Shown here one piece after another: positions 24,605-37,370 of a stretch of DNA of 64,000 nt. Position 1 is the first letter of the stretch; the number at the start of each line of letters is the position of its first letter. The stretch is taken from NCBI GenBank assembly GCA_010909165.1, contig MU008164.1:1240001-1304000 (forward strand). Direction: 5' to 3'. A program made the translations under genes and the position numbers. This stretch comes from Anthoceros angustus. Its lineage: Eukaryota > Plantae > Anthocerotophyta. The notes beneath the pieces are model-generated. The model saw only the letters and a program-made list of their open reading frames with translations, was not told the DNA's origin and did no database searches.

Positions 24605-27337
24605 TATCATGGTACAAGTTGTTAAGTACCAAGTCCCATGACGGAAATCCATCCTTAGTGGACTTACACAAAATTCTTGTTCTTTTCTTCTTCCCAGCGG
24701 TTTAGGACCTTGCCAGTTCACTCCACAAAGCAATCTACACAACTCTCAGCGCTCTCAATCAGGACGCAGCACTAGGCTCCAAAAAATAGCCCACCGTCCA
24801 CCAAAGACTCTCAGCTCACCTCCTCGACGTGCTGCTCTGAAAAGGAGGATCATCATCCTCCTTTTCAAAGTCCAACAAGGTCTGCCGAAGGTCAAGAAGC
24901 TCAGAGAGACATAGTTCAGAGAGCCTAGGAATGTGGAAAGAGAAAAATGTCTGAAGGCACACTCAAAGAAGAGAGTGTAGTCGAATATCGGCATAAGGGG
25001 ACAATAAAAGAGGAAGTGTGATTTAGATTCAGGGTCCAAGGAACAAAGTGCAGATCCTTTCGTCTTGGGGAGGGGTAGGCTTGAGCCAATGGTCGGCCCT
25101 ATAAATGTTTGTCCATTTGGCCTAAGCCATTTGGACACACATTACCAAGGCCATGCCATTACCCGTAGGCAAAGGGACGGAACGGAAAACTAATGGGTTG
25201 GACTAGTAGGTGAGACTAAAGCGGACACCCGTGAGCCCTAATTTTGTATTCGTGTACCGGGCGGTTCCTTTCTCAAATGGTAATAATAATGTTATTAATT
25301 CTCTGTTAATTATACTTATATTTTTACCATCGTACTCGCGAGGGCCTACCTATACCCAACAACTTCCTGATCGTACACCCAACCGGACGTTAAAGGTGGG
25401 ACTAGTGCTTAGCATTGGGCACCGAAGACCAAAACAAGAACTATGATGCTTATGTCTTCTATGTCCACAATGATATTTATGACCAACTCAGGAACCCTAA
25501 CATTATATCATGAGGGCTTTGGGCACACTCATATCTCACATGCTCATCGCCTACTTAAAATTTAAATATATAACACCCAATGAAAAAAGATGTGGTCACC
25601 ATTTGAGAAAAAGTGTATGTGCAAGGAGGCAAGTTGCAGGCTTTCAAGAATAAGTAGTAACTAGCAAATCGAGACTCATTTTGAGAAAAGGCTGTCATCC
25701 CCGTTGGATGCTACCTACTCCTCAAAGCGATGGTGTTTATAAAAGGAGGATTTTGCTATAAGAAGCACTTTAGGCATGTACCACAAGAAGTAATGTGAGC
25801 GAGGGAGGCATGGCTGCTACACATCTGTTCCCTCTGTGATGCAATGTGTGTGCTTCGAGCACTTAGCTCTTGTATGTGCAAGCGAAGAGTGGGGGTGTAC
25901 ATACACCATCCGAGATGAGAACCCCACAATTAAATAGCCTGCGGGGCTGATCAATATTATGATGGGGTATTATCCTTTGCGCCCCTCACTGCGTAGATGT
26001 GTGTTTGAAATCATCGCACTCTGTGGGCGCGCTGGCCTCTCTCGTGTGAGGTCTTCCGCTCGAGATCACCCTCTAGATAAAGATAAAACTCTTACGTTCC
26101 GATAATTGTGGCTGCCAATAGCTAAGAAGTTGGGGGATTTTCAGCTCCTTGTGTTCTTCGTAGATGTGGTAGGAGTCTGTTTGTCTGGGCAAGACAATCC
26201 TTGTATGTGCTCAGCATATCAGCATCTTGGTGTGCCAAAATTGTTGTTTGCTAGACCGTTGTTTTTTGCTGCGTGGGGTGTCTCCTGGGCTCAAGAATCC
26301 CAAGGATGTGTTGGTAGATTGCTGGCAGTTGTGACCTGTGAAGCTCAGCCACCGTGGCCTCTCGCCAAAATCAGCAAGGCTTTGCCATCCGTTGTGAGAG
26401 CTGTTCAGTCCCAGGCTACAAAGGCCTGAGGAGGTTGAGGCCCCGCTACCTCCGAATCATTCTTTGCGGGACATCATCAAGGATATTGGTATCTCCCTTC
26501 GCTCCCCGGTGGAATTTGAGGTGATGGTTGGAGTGCATTTGGAGAGGACAGGCGTCACCACCCCCTCCGCCTAGGCCACCTTTTGCCTGCATCCCTGAAA
26601 CAACAGATTACCTCATGCTTGCGGACGGAGGTGTTGGTCCGCGCCATCAGTCCTTTGAGGGTCGGTGGTAGGATCAAGCTGAAGTTGTTCTAACTTGGGG
26701 TCAGCCAAAATGGCTACGACTTGTCCCCTTCGACTTGTACTTGCTTTGTGACTTTCTTGTTGGCGGACTAAGCGTTATGAGAACTCATGGGGAAGGGGAG
26801 GGAGGAACTAAGGAGAAGGGGCTTCGCCTTTTCTCCTCTGTGGGTGTTTTTGTTTTGCTCCCAGATTGAAGAAGGGGTAGTAGGGGTTTTGACATTTGTC
26901 TTCTTGTAGAACGTGTGATACAGTTCTTATCACCGATGTATTAGGTGGATAGACTGTCAGCCTGAGACTGTGACTGCCAGGTTTTGTACAAAGGTTTCTC
27001 TAATTTTCTCTATAAAAAAACAAAGATATTGATATAGCATTTCTCCCTTCTTTTGATATGCTCCTAGGTTTCTCTTTGTAACTCCAAAGAAGTTGATTGT
27101 GAAACAAATATTTAACTTGTCTTATCTTCTAATATGTAGTTGAATTAATATTACTACTATAATGAATATTCCTTGTATATATATCTTGAAATTGGTCGAG
27201 CCCTTAAAAAAAATCCCCTCCTTTGCACTGATTCAAGACAAACAAGTCCCTAGTGTTGTGCTCGGTATCAAAGACAAAGTTAATCTCTTTTCTTTAAGGT
27301 TTGCCGTCTCGAATTCAATCTATTGAAGACCCCTTAG

Positions 27338-27720
27338 CCTCATTGTGATGCCTGCGAGGCTTTGGCTGAGACTGAGATTGAGATGGAAAGCATCAACTCT
27401 GAAAAGAAGCAAGTTTCCTTGCAATGGAAGTCTTCTTTCATCGTGCTAGCAAGATGTGGTGAAGCTTATCCGGTTGAGGAGGGATGCCAGTTTTCTTGTT
27501 TCACTAGTGTGCGATAAGTCTGTACCTTGCATTTGAGCTGGACCACTTTGCATATGACCTCCTTGTACATGTGCAAGCTTTGCTGGATTCAATAGCTCAA
27601 TAGAAGAAGCAAGAAATAGCCATCGAAGCTGATAAGGAAGCATTTTGCAAAGCCTTAACTCTGGGGAAGCAAAAAATTGAGCTTCACAATGCTATGTTGG
27701 CTAAGCTGAAGCAGCAATTT
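27338..27720 (+). pseudogene. Probable degenerate fragment of axonemal CCDC40/FAP172
   Basis: EALAETEIEMESINSEKKQVSLQWKSSFIVLARCGEA resembles the recalled CCDC40 segment aEaE.EMEaI.fEKKQl..QWKSSli.m.rrDEA. A second piece, GFNSSIEEA, is weaker. In-frame stops flank both pieces. Confidence 0.45.
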
Positions 27721-27946
27721 AAGACATTATGATTAAGCAAGTCAAGCGGGTAGTAGATAAGCGACTTGCAATACAGTCATAGTATGGGAAGTACTTGGTA
27801 TCGCTTTCTGATTTAGATGCCAATATAACAACTAACAAACAGTAGTTAAAAATTACTAATTTCTAAGTTACCAACATGAAGTTTGGTGAAAAACTACCAA
27901 CTTATCAATTTGGTAGTTTTTCAAAGTGTATAAATGGGCGAGATCT

Positions 27947-30900
27947 AAACCAAAATAGTTTCTCTTATGAGCTTCAAAATCTCTTTATCAATTCTTATTG
28001 CAAATAACTTCTTATAATCATGTAATCTATGGTTTTTAAGGTTTTTTCAATAAAGATTGATGTTCTCCTTTATCAAGGCATCCGTGTATCCATGTATATA
28101 CTGGCGTGTTAACAAATTCGCTACACTTGTTCCTTGCAGGTTTCCCTAGAGGGCGTATTAATTACCCAAAGGGTGAGACCTAAACCAAAATAGTTCGTCC
28201 TCTGAACTTCAAAATCTCGTTATCCATTATTCTTGAAAATAACTTTTAATAATCGTGTGACCTACGTACGGTTGTTAAGGTTTGTTCAATGAAGATTAAT
28301 GTTCTCCTTTACATACGGATGGATGTATGCATGTATATTCTGGTGTGTATTAATAAATTCTCTATGCTTATTCGCTGTAGTGAAACTTTTTCACTACAGG
28401 ATACTTAAAGGGCAAACCTAAACCGAAATAAATACTCTTATTTATCTATCTTTAAAATTATGAAGTCCACAATGAAAATGGAGGTGAGAATGTTCCAAGA
28501 AAGATATATATGTGTGGAAAATGTATGGTGAAGGTATTTTCCAAAGTCTATAAATGCTTTGACATATCTCGGAAAGATATATACCTGTCAAATTATGAAA
28601 AAATCTGAGGAAATAAATCATATAATATAGATAAACACTCTTCGATCTATTCCAAAATATTCTCATATTATTAACCTAATAAGTGTTCATGAGGACATTG
28701 AACATATAGATATTGTGATGGAACTTTGTATCTATAGTACACTAAACAATGAACTAAAAAAAGGGGAGCTTAGTGTGAGAAGGATGCAAAAATACTTATT
28801 TTTAACTTAATGGAGGCAATAAATTTTTGTCGCAGGCTAATGTTATGCATCACAATTTGAAACCTCTACTATCTTATTACTTAGCCGTCTCAAAATCATA
28901 CTCGCAGACTTTGGTCTATCTGTTCCATGTTTCCGGAACAAACATGAATTACTATAGAGGAACGCCATGTTACAAACTCTGAAGGTATTGGACTCGGAAA
29001 ATGGTGAAAACACCTATACTTCAAAAGCTGATATTCGGAGCACAAAACTCATTATGTATTAAGTTTGAATCATGAATTATGAATCGGAGCAAGCCTCTTC
29101 CAAATCAGGGCACTCATGATCTTAGTAGACACCACCACCCATGTCGAACCCTCTAATTGTTTTCCTAAGCGCAATTCGGCTGTTCAAATGGAATTGGCTT
29201 GAATTTTGGCTTGATGTGGTGGGTGTTTCATTGCCAACCATGGAAGGCCCATTGCACAAGAAACAGGGCCTTGCATATAATATTCTGCGTTTTGCTCAAC
29301 CATCGCACATCACTTTAAATCCTGTACGCATTCTGTAGTACATTAAACCTTCACACGTAAGCTTAAACCCTATACGCGTTCCACAGTAGGATGAACCATC
29401 GCACATCACTTTAAATCTTGCACGCCAAGGCTCTGCTTGTTGGTTCAGCCTTTAACAATTTAGAGTTTTTCGGCATTTCGGCACAAAGAAGCCATAATTT
29501 CTATGTGTTTTAGCATTTAAAAAAAACTAACTACCGCTGAGCCCTTGTGGCCTCTACGGCAGAGACTTCCATGTAGCCAAGAAAGATAAGGAAGCTCGAG
29601 AATCCCTCTAGGAGAATAATATTGACCCACATCCAAGATCTCATATTTAATTTTGTGTGATCTCGCTCGTTAGAACAAAAATCGTTAAAACAAAAGAGAG
29701 CTGAAATTCAAAGAATTTTGCCGTCTAGAGATATCTGCAAAAACCGTGATGGGAAGGTTCAACCGCCAGGCTCGTGTAGCATTCTGGTCTTCCCAATTCA
29801 GAAACAAGCTAACAACGAAGTCAAAATAGAGCCTAAACAAGTATGCATTTCATTCGCCTAATGGTTGCTATGAGAGCCTTAGGGAGGTTTAGTTGTTTAT
29901 TTTTACTATGGAATGGTACAATGCTGCCAGTGGCTTTTGAGGCTATTAAAAAAACCGCGGCTACACTTTGATTTGCAGGCTGTTGCCGCCGTTTATACTT
30001 CATACAAAGTATTTACATATAAATGAATATATAGCGTTATAAAATTGGTATATTCATTAGTTATATATATTAATTTTTTTACTTAACAAAAATATCTATT
30101 TTAAATAAATAATTTTTATGCCATGTAATTTATAGGGCTTCCAAAAGTACAGTATAGTCTTACAATAGCGTCTCTTTGGAGATGAGACAACAAGTTAAGA
30201 GGCCCCAAAAAGCTTTCTAACAATAGTGTATTAAGGACAGAGATCATAGCAACCATGTATTGAGGACATGCAAGCGAGACGATATATATTTTATATAGAT
30301 TTTATATCAGGCAACCCCGAAAGGATCTTACAACAAAGGGACTTGAGGCATTTCACAACAATCAACTACCAAGAGCGAGGAGTAATCATGGATGGATGGA
30401 ACCCCATCCCACTAATGATCCCTCAGCTCCAAAGAACCTTCCAGCAAGGGGCCCCGAGGGGCTTGACAATAAGAAGGGCCAAGACTCCTAATAATTATGT
30501 CTTTTTCTTTTCTGACTATTTTTCCCATATGACTATTATGGCTATTGAGATTTTTTAATGCCCCTCAAGAGGAGTCTCTCTCATCATAAGATTACAGGGA
30601 GGATGTTAGACGTACCTATTATTCATGACCTGTATCACGTGGTCAGAGTCCTTCTCATCATAAGATTACAGGGTGGATGTTAGACATGCTATTATTCATG
30701 ACATGTATTATGTGGTCAAACATGCCTAGATTATTGAGGACCTACATTATGAAGGAAGAAACTCTAGTTTTCATATTAATAAGAAGTTTAGCTTTAGGAG
30801 CTTCAAGGCCACCTCTTTATTCTCTATTTCCTCATGACTACTAGGATAGCAAGACACACACACAGAAAATTGCAACAACTCACACAAAGTCTCGTATTGT

Positions 30901-33211
30901 GATCATAACGAGCACTAATTACATAGATCATAAAACAACCTACGAAGGCACACACCTACCTCCAAAAGAACCAAAAAGAACATGGAAGAAACCTCTAAAG
31001 AAGAGTACTATAGTTGCCCTACAACTCAAACAAGAATTTACAAGGATTAATCACATAAAATTTGGCTCTTAAGCTGAACAAAAGTTGGTAGCTATTATAT
31101 TCAAGAAAAGAAGAAGACTTAGTGAGTGCAGAGGTGGCCCCTAAGCCCTTTTTGTGCCAAACGACTCGCTAATATGCTAATATATGATTTAGAATCTCCT
31201 CCTTAACCTGCTTATATGAAAGCTACGATTTCTTTCTGAAGATTAAAATCTAAGTATTTCTTAAGAATCTAAATAACACATGAGGCATATCCTAGACAAT
31301 AGGTGTACCACCAAGAATAAGGTGCACATGGACTATTTAATATCAAAACTCCACAATCAAGTGCGAGGATGAGGTGACAGACATGTATGGAAATTGCCTT
31401 GGTTATTGGGCGCATTGGCCTCCACACACAAGTTATTGGGCACGTTAGCCTCGCTTATATATGGTCTTCGGCATAGACTTCTTGCTAATAAAAGTAAAAG
31501 TAAAGTAAAGGTTCGTCTAACACAAGCTACCAAGGGCCATCTTCAACGCGAGACTACCCGCTGATAAAAGTAAAAGTACCCCCCTTGTGTGTGATCTTCG
31601 GGGCTGATAAAAGTAAAAGTAAAGCAAAGGTTTGTTTAATATAAGCTCCCAAGAGGTAAGAATAATTGGGGATGGGTGAGACCCCATTTCAATAGTGATC
31701 CCACCGGAGGTCGCTTGACTAGGGAGTTCTAATAAACTCATTGCTATGATGTCCCTCTTCATGAAATAATTTAATATACTACCAATTCATTCCGGAGATA
31801 ATGTTACCCAATAGAGAATGTGGGTAAGACCCCATCCCATTAATGATCCCTCCGGAGGTGCTTAACGAAGGAGTTCCAATAAACTCATGGCAATGATGTC
31901 CCTCTTCACAAAATTATTTAATATTGCCAATTCACTCCAGAGATAATGCTACCTAATAGAGAACATGTTCATCATGTTAATCAAGAACCATGACATCTCC
32001 ATCAAAATCCGTACTAGGAAACCTAGCCTTAACATCTTGAATTTCTAGACAAGAGCGTGAAGCTTTGTAACATGAGCAAACACCAGTACAAATGTTTGTC
32101 TTATTGAACCTTTGGTTCTAGGTGTTTATATAAGGGAGTAAATAACCCTAATTTAGAACCTATTATGATATAGAAGTGTTTTGTTCCCTAATATTACTTG
32201 GTTTTAATGTGGTCCTCTTGTAATTTTGGAATTTTTCTTTGCCTCTTTTAAAAGACCTATCTAATTACTTCTTTCTTAAAAATATGAAAGAGAGATAAAC
32301 TCTTGATAAGGTAATATTTTTATTAGGAGAAGAGGTGGTGTGAGCTCATCTACCTTTAAAATGCTAACAAAAGGGATCCCAAGGGTATGTGTTAGAAGGA
32401 GCAACTAAATAAAGCTCCTCCCATTGGAGGGACGACAATAAACAACCCTACTTGGATAAGGTGGTAACCAACTCATAAGGGTAAAGATTTGGGCTATGGA
32501 TCTGCCCGGATAGAAAGTAAAAGAACCTTCACTTATGGAAATGGAAGATAAGAAAGAAAAATAATTCCAAATATTACAAAAACATCTTCTATTACGCACG
32601 CTCTTCTACAAAAATTGAGTTTGTTTAGTTCGATCTCATGAATACGATTTTGTAGTCAAGAAGCTCTTTGTGCTTCCTTGAAAGAACTATGAATAGAAGC
32701 ATATCGAATAGCTAAGTCCAAATGTGACGAGTCAAATACAGAAGTTTACAATAGGTTTTCTACTCCATACCCTTTCTTCTTCTTTTTGAATTCCTTTCTC
32801 TCTTGTTTACTCTACTTGCACACAACATGTACTTCACTCGATTGCTACTTTCTTCTTCTTGGATTTCTTTCTCCCTTCTCTACTCTATTTACACAAGACA
32901 TCTACTCTACTATATTTCTTCATTCTTCTTCTTGAATTCTACTCTACTATATTTCTTCATTCTTCTTCTTGAATTCTGTTCTCCGTTCTTTTTGAAGTTC
33001 ATAGTGTCTCCTGATAAATTATTTGATCGATTTTTTCTAATATGATTGTTAAATTTTAATATTAATATAGAAAAATCAACAACTCTTATCTACTCCAGTC
33101 CTTGTGCGTGTCTCCTGATAAATTATTTGATCGATTTTTTCTAATATGATTGTTAAATTTTAATATTAATATAGAAAAATTAACAACTCTTATCTACTCC
33201 AGTCCTTGTGC
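27947..33211. repeat. Scattered two-copy tandem duplications in AT-rich degenerate DNA
   Basis: Pairs at 27947/28182 (~235-bp period), 29298/29394, 30579/30653 (74 bp), 31674/31822 (148 bp) and 33004/33108 (104 bp). Confidence 0.75.
28686..29070 (+). pseudogene. Degenerate Ser/Thr kinase fragment (CAMK/CDPK-like, subdomains ~IV-IX)
   Basis: VHEDIEHIDIVMELC, NVMHHNLKP (decayed HRDLKP), ILADFGLS, GTPCY and YTSKADI(R)S occur in order across frameshifts and stops, with no introns seen. Confidence 0.75.
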
Positions 33212-33539
33212 TTGATTGATGCTTGTCAGGACTATGGCATACCAAAGAGGACAGAGGGGACGGACATTTTTTTTCTTCCGCAAAACTTTTGGTGTCCGGT
33301 TTGGTAACCGTAAAATGGGGTAGCCAAAGGGGACGCACCAAAGCGGCCACTTGATCACGGATTTGAAAGGGAACTTTAGGGTTTTTGCACTCACTCTATG
33401 TGTTTTTCTCCCAGAACAAAAATTTTGTTCATGGCGTTCTATTTAGGGTCGGTAGGCCTCATAGGCAAGCCACATGCCCGTTTTAGGGTTCATGTGCTAA
33501 GAGGTGGGCGGCATGGTTTAGGCGGGGGTTTAGGGCAAC

Positions 33540-34135
33540 CGATTTGGCGGGGCGCTGCGCCACGCCACGCACGCACGTGGTTGGGGCGGCCGGGCGGGCG
33601 GCGGGGCAGGCGGCGGGAGGCGAGTCGGGCGGGGCGGGCGGCAGTGCGCGGCGGGCGGCGGCGTGTCGAGCGGCGGCGAGCCGCAGCGCGCCTCGGCGGG
33701 GCGCCTGGCAGGCGCCCTCATTACAGGCCGGCGCGCGGCGAGCGGCGAGCCCGGCCACACGGGCGGGGCGGGCGGCGGCGAGCAGGCCGGGCGGGTGGGG
33801 GTTGCGGACGGGCGGGGCGAAGCTGCGTTGAGGCAAAACGCAGGCGGAGGAGGGCTGCGGTGGCGGGGCAGGCGGGCGGGCGGGCGGGCGGGCGAGGCGG
33901 GCGGGCGGGCTGCGGTCAGGCAGGCGGGCGAGGCGGCGGGCCTTCACTACAGGTGGCAGCGGCCAGCTGCGAGCAAGGCGGGCGGGCGGGGCGGGCGGGC
34001 GGCAAGGCGGGGCAAGCGGGGCGGGAGGCGGAGGAAGGCGGTGCGGCGGCGGGAGGCGAGTCGGGCGAGGCGGCGGGGCAGGCGGCCGGGCGGGAGGCGG
34101 GCGAGGCGGGCGGCGGGCGGCAGGCGGAGGAGGCA
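33540..34135 (+). repeat. Very GC-rich, G-skewed low-complexity tract (GGGC/GGC runs)
   Basis: Almost entirely ggcgggcgggcggcg-type runs; overlapping ORFs are low-complexity artefacts. Confidence 0.85.
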
Positions 34136-36949
34136 CCAGAATGCCCTCCCATCCACGCAACTAACCTTGTCCCCATTCCTTCCACGCCCATGGTGATGCC
34201 GAATTGTTTGATGCTCTTTTCTTTGCAAGCGGTGACACGCGAGATGGTACTGGTGCCTGCGGTATTATTGTAGGCTTCTGCGGTTGTGGGCGGGATGCAC
34301 CGCCCACCTCTCCTCCTCCACGGGCCGCATGCGCCGCTGCCGACCTTTGCATGTGTGGGCAGAAAGGAGGAGGGTTCCACGATCTCCTCCGAGCTCACCC
34401 GATCCTAATATGTGGAGTGAGTTGTTTCTGGTCTTATGACCCCAAAGCCAATGCATCCTGTCTCGAGGAGCTTGATGCTTGTTTGACATGCGGAGGACCT
34501 AGCGACCTCATCGCCACATAGAGAACTACCCCTTGGACTTGAAGTTCTTTTGGTGAGGGCGTGGTCGCGGTATTTGGTGGACTGGACTTCCCTCTGCGAG
34601 TGCCTTCCTGTCGGAAGACTATTTCATGCATACCCATTTTGATGGGTGGCCATTGGGTCCTAACGATCACCGTGAGGCCTCGCGGTCCAAGCACCGAGTC
34701 ACCGGAGGACTTCAAGGTGTGGATGGCCAAGTTTCACTCCGACGGCTTGACTCACAGTGCCGCACTACCGGCCTCGACGCTTATCGCCTCCGGATTTCAT
34801 CTCAACGTCTTCTCTGAATTGGGCCGCCAACCATGTCTTGTGGGAGGAGATGAGCGACCTCTACATCATCGAGGATGTGATCATGGGGTTAGGATCGGTC
34901 ATGTGCTTTAGGCACCGTGGCGAGGGTTTTGATAGGACTTGATGTCTGAGGCCTTTCTTGTTTAGATTTGTAGGTGTCTTGGATCCGCTTCCACGCTTTG
35001 ACTTGACCGAATTTTGGCGCTTTCGTCATTCGTTTATTCTCACCACTCGGCGGATATACGTGCCTCGTTTTCAACTTGCCCTCGGTTCATGCTTGCCGCG
35101 TCGTGTTCCCTCTTGCACGCATTTTGGCCGCTTTTCCATTCTCCCTTCCTTGTGAACCCCCGGCTTTTGCCCCACTTTCCATGTCGTCACACTTGCTTAT
35201 TATGTCGAACCCATACAGTGCCTTGTTTCGGTGTCTTGGGTCCATGGAACTCACTCCCTCGCCTTTCCTATCCATGTCCACCTCTCTACCGCTTGTGCAC
35301 AACCCGGCACCGTCGTTGCCAACACCGCCTCGCGACGCACCTCGGATGACAAGTGTTACGAAGAGGTTAGGGGCTCTCCATGTCCACAGAGTGCACTGGT
35401 CTTCATTCCACTCCCACACCATATCTTTGCGGTGGGATCCCGTCGCTTTGCAATACAAGCACACTACCGCCACCGCCGATGCGCGATACATGTCCGGGAG
35501 GTAATTTGTACATTGCAAGCCGCCTCAGACGCCATGTCCCTCGCCACTTGCATGTCACACATCCTTTGTCGCCATCAAGAATCGCTGGTGTTCACATTCA
35601 CGACGGTCTTGGCTTGGCGTTCACTTACCGCCAAGAATGCAATTGGAGGCGGTGCCACCTCGGTGCAACGTTGCGGGCGTCTTGTGGTCGGGGACATAGT
35701 AGTCGTTGTCGTCCTCCTCGTCTACCCCATAGCGGGCGGCCCTACCGGGCCGGCGCTCCTCCTCTGGAAGGCCTCGCGGGGCGTGGCTGCTATGTCATCG
35801 TCTCCGACCTCATTTTCCTCACCACATGCAAGTTCCACACGAGCGAAAGTCGCCACCTGTCCTCATGGTGGGCATGAATCTGCGTGCAAGGAATGTATGT
35901 GCCAAGGGTTCGTGGTATCCAACTCACTACCCCGAGCTCCAACATGTACCTCTTATGCAGGCCCACTTCTCCTTGACGCCCTCGAGTGCTCGATCCGGCC
36001 GCCCACACCCACATCCCACCCACCACCCCACGCCTGCTATGTCATCGTCTCCCCCTCGCCCGGCCCGCGCCCTCGTCCCGGCCCGCAATCGGCAAGCACA
36101 ATGCATCCAAATCCCTTCACATGACAACCAAGATGCACCTTACGATTGTGCACAGATGGCCCCGTGTGAAGTTCCTACCGTTCTCGCGGCCGCACCGGTT
36201 CAGTCCTCCTCCACTAGGTTGTGCTCAACAAATCGGACCCGAATCCTGCGGGTGACCAAACTCTCACCGCCTCACAGACGTAGATTGTTCCCCGCCCCGC
36301 TTGTTGTCCTCGAGCACCGCCCACGTTATGTAGTCGTGGCCCCATCTATGGCCGCGTGCACCCTGAAGTGGAACATGTACATCTTGTCGACCGCAGAAAG
36401 CACTCGCACGCTAGCTCCTCTGCGTTCTCCTGCGGCATTTGGACTCGGTGACCACCATGGGGACCAAGTTCCCCTCAACACTCCGATCCATGTGCCACAT
36501 GTACATCGGTGTTCGTATGCACCCGCCGAATGCGCAGCGCGCATTTCCATAGCCTCCGGTGCATCCCGGCCCCTCGCCCGGCCACCCCGCCCTCGCCCGC
36601 CCTCGCCCGCCCTCGCCCGCCCTCCTCCCTCCACCCGCGCGTGGTCACATTTTGTAGGATGAGGTTGCACGCCTCTTCTAGTGTTCTCGGCGGACCGTGG
36701 CATCCTCTCCATCACAGGCACATGCCCACCTCCTCAACGTCCGCGGTGCACATCCCATCATGCGAGCCCCTTCAATGTCCGTCCGCCCTCGCCCCTCCGC
36801 CCCTCTGCGATGTTCCTCAAAGTCTCCACTTGAAAGGCGCCTCAGGCCGTTCCTTTCCACACCCTCCGCCTGTTTGAGCTCACGTGCTGTGCGTCTCCAC
36901 CTCCGACACCGCTTTCCTCCCGTCGTCCTCCCCATCCCCCTCCCGTCGT

Positions 36950-37370
36950 TTCGCGCCTCGGCCCCATCTCCCTCCCTTCCGGTAGCCATCTCCCCTCCGC
37001 CCGGCCACCCCGCCATCCGCTCGGCGCCTCGCCCGGACCCCGTCCCTCCTTGCCACCTCGCGTTGCCATCGCCCCTCCGCCCAGCTCGCTCCCGATCTGC
37101 GCCCTCGTCCCGGCCCCTCCGCCCTCGCTCCCGATGTGCCCTCGTCCCGGCCCCGCCGTCCCTCGCACCGGTTCGAGGCGGCCCCGGCACACCTTCCTCC
37201 ACCCCGCCCGCCCCTCGCCCGCCCTCGCACCCGCCCCGCGCCCTCGCCCGCTCCCTCCGCCCTCGCACCCGGCCTCGTCCCGCCCCTCCTCCCTCCCTCC
37301 GCCCCGCGCCCTCGCCCGCCCCTCCGCCCATCCCATCCTCCAACCCCTTCGCGCCACCCCGCCCTTTGCC
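36950..37370 (+). repeat. C-skewed low-complexity tract (ccctcgcccg-type repeats)
   Basis: Repeated cgccctcgtcccggcccc / ccctcgcccgc units. Similar tracts occur at 36560-36640 and 62680-62945. Confidence 0.8.

Noticed and set aside
24700-27200. Possible LTR/LINE remnants
   Set aside because: No paired LTRs, PBS, TSD or recognisable protein motifs were found.
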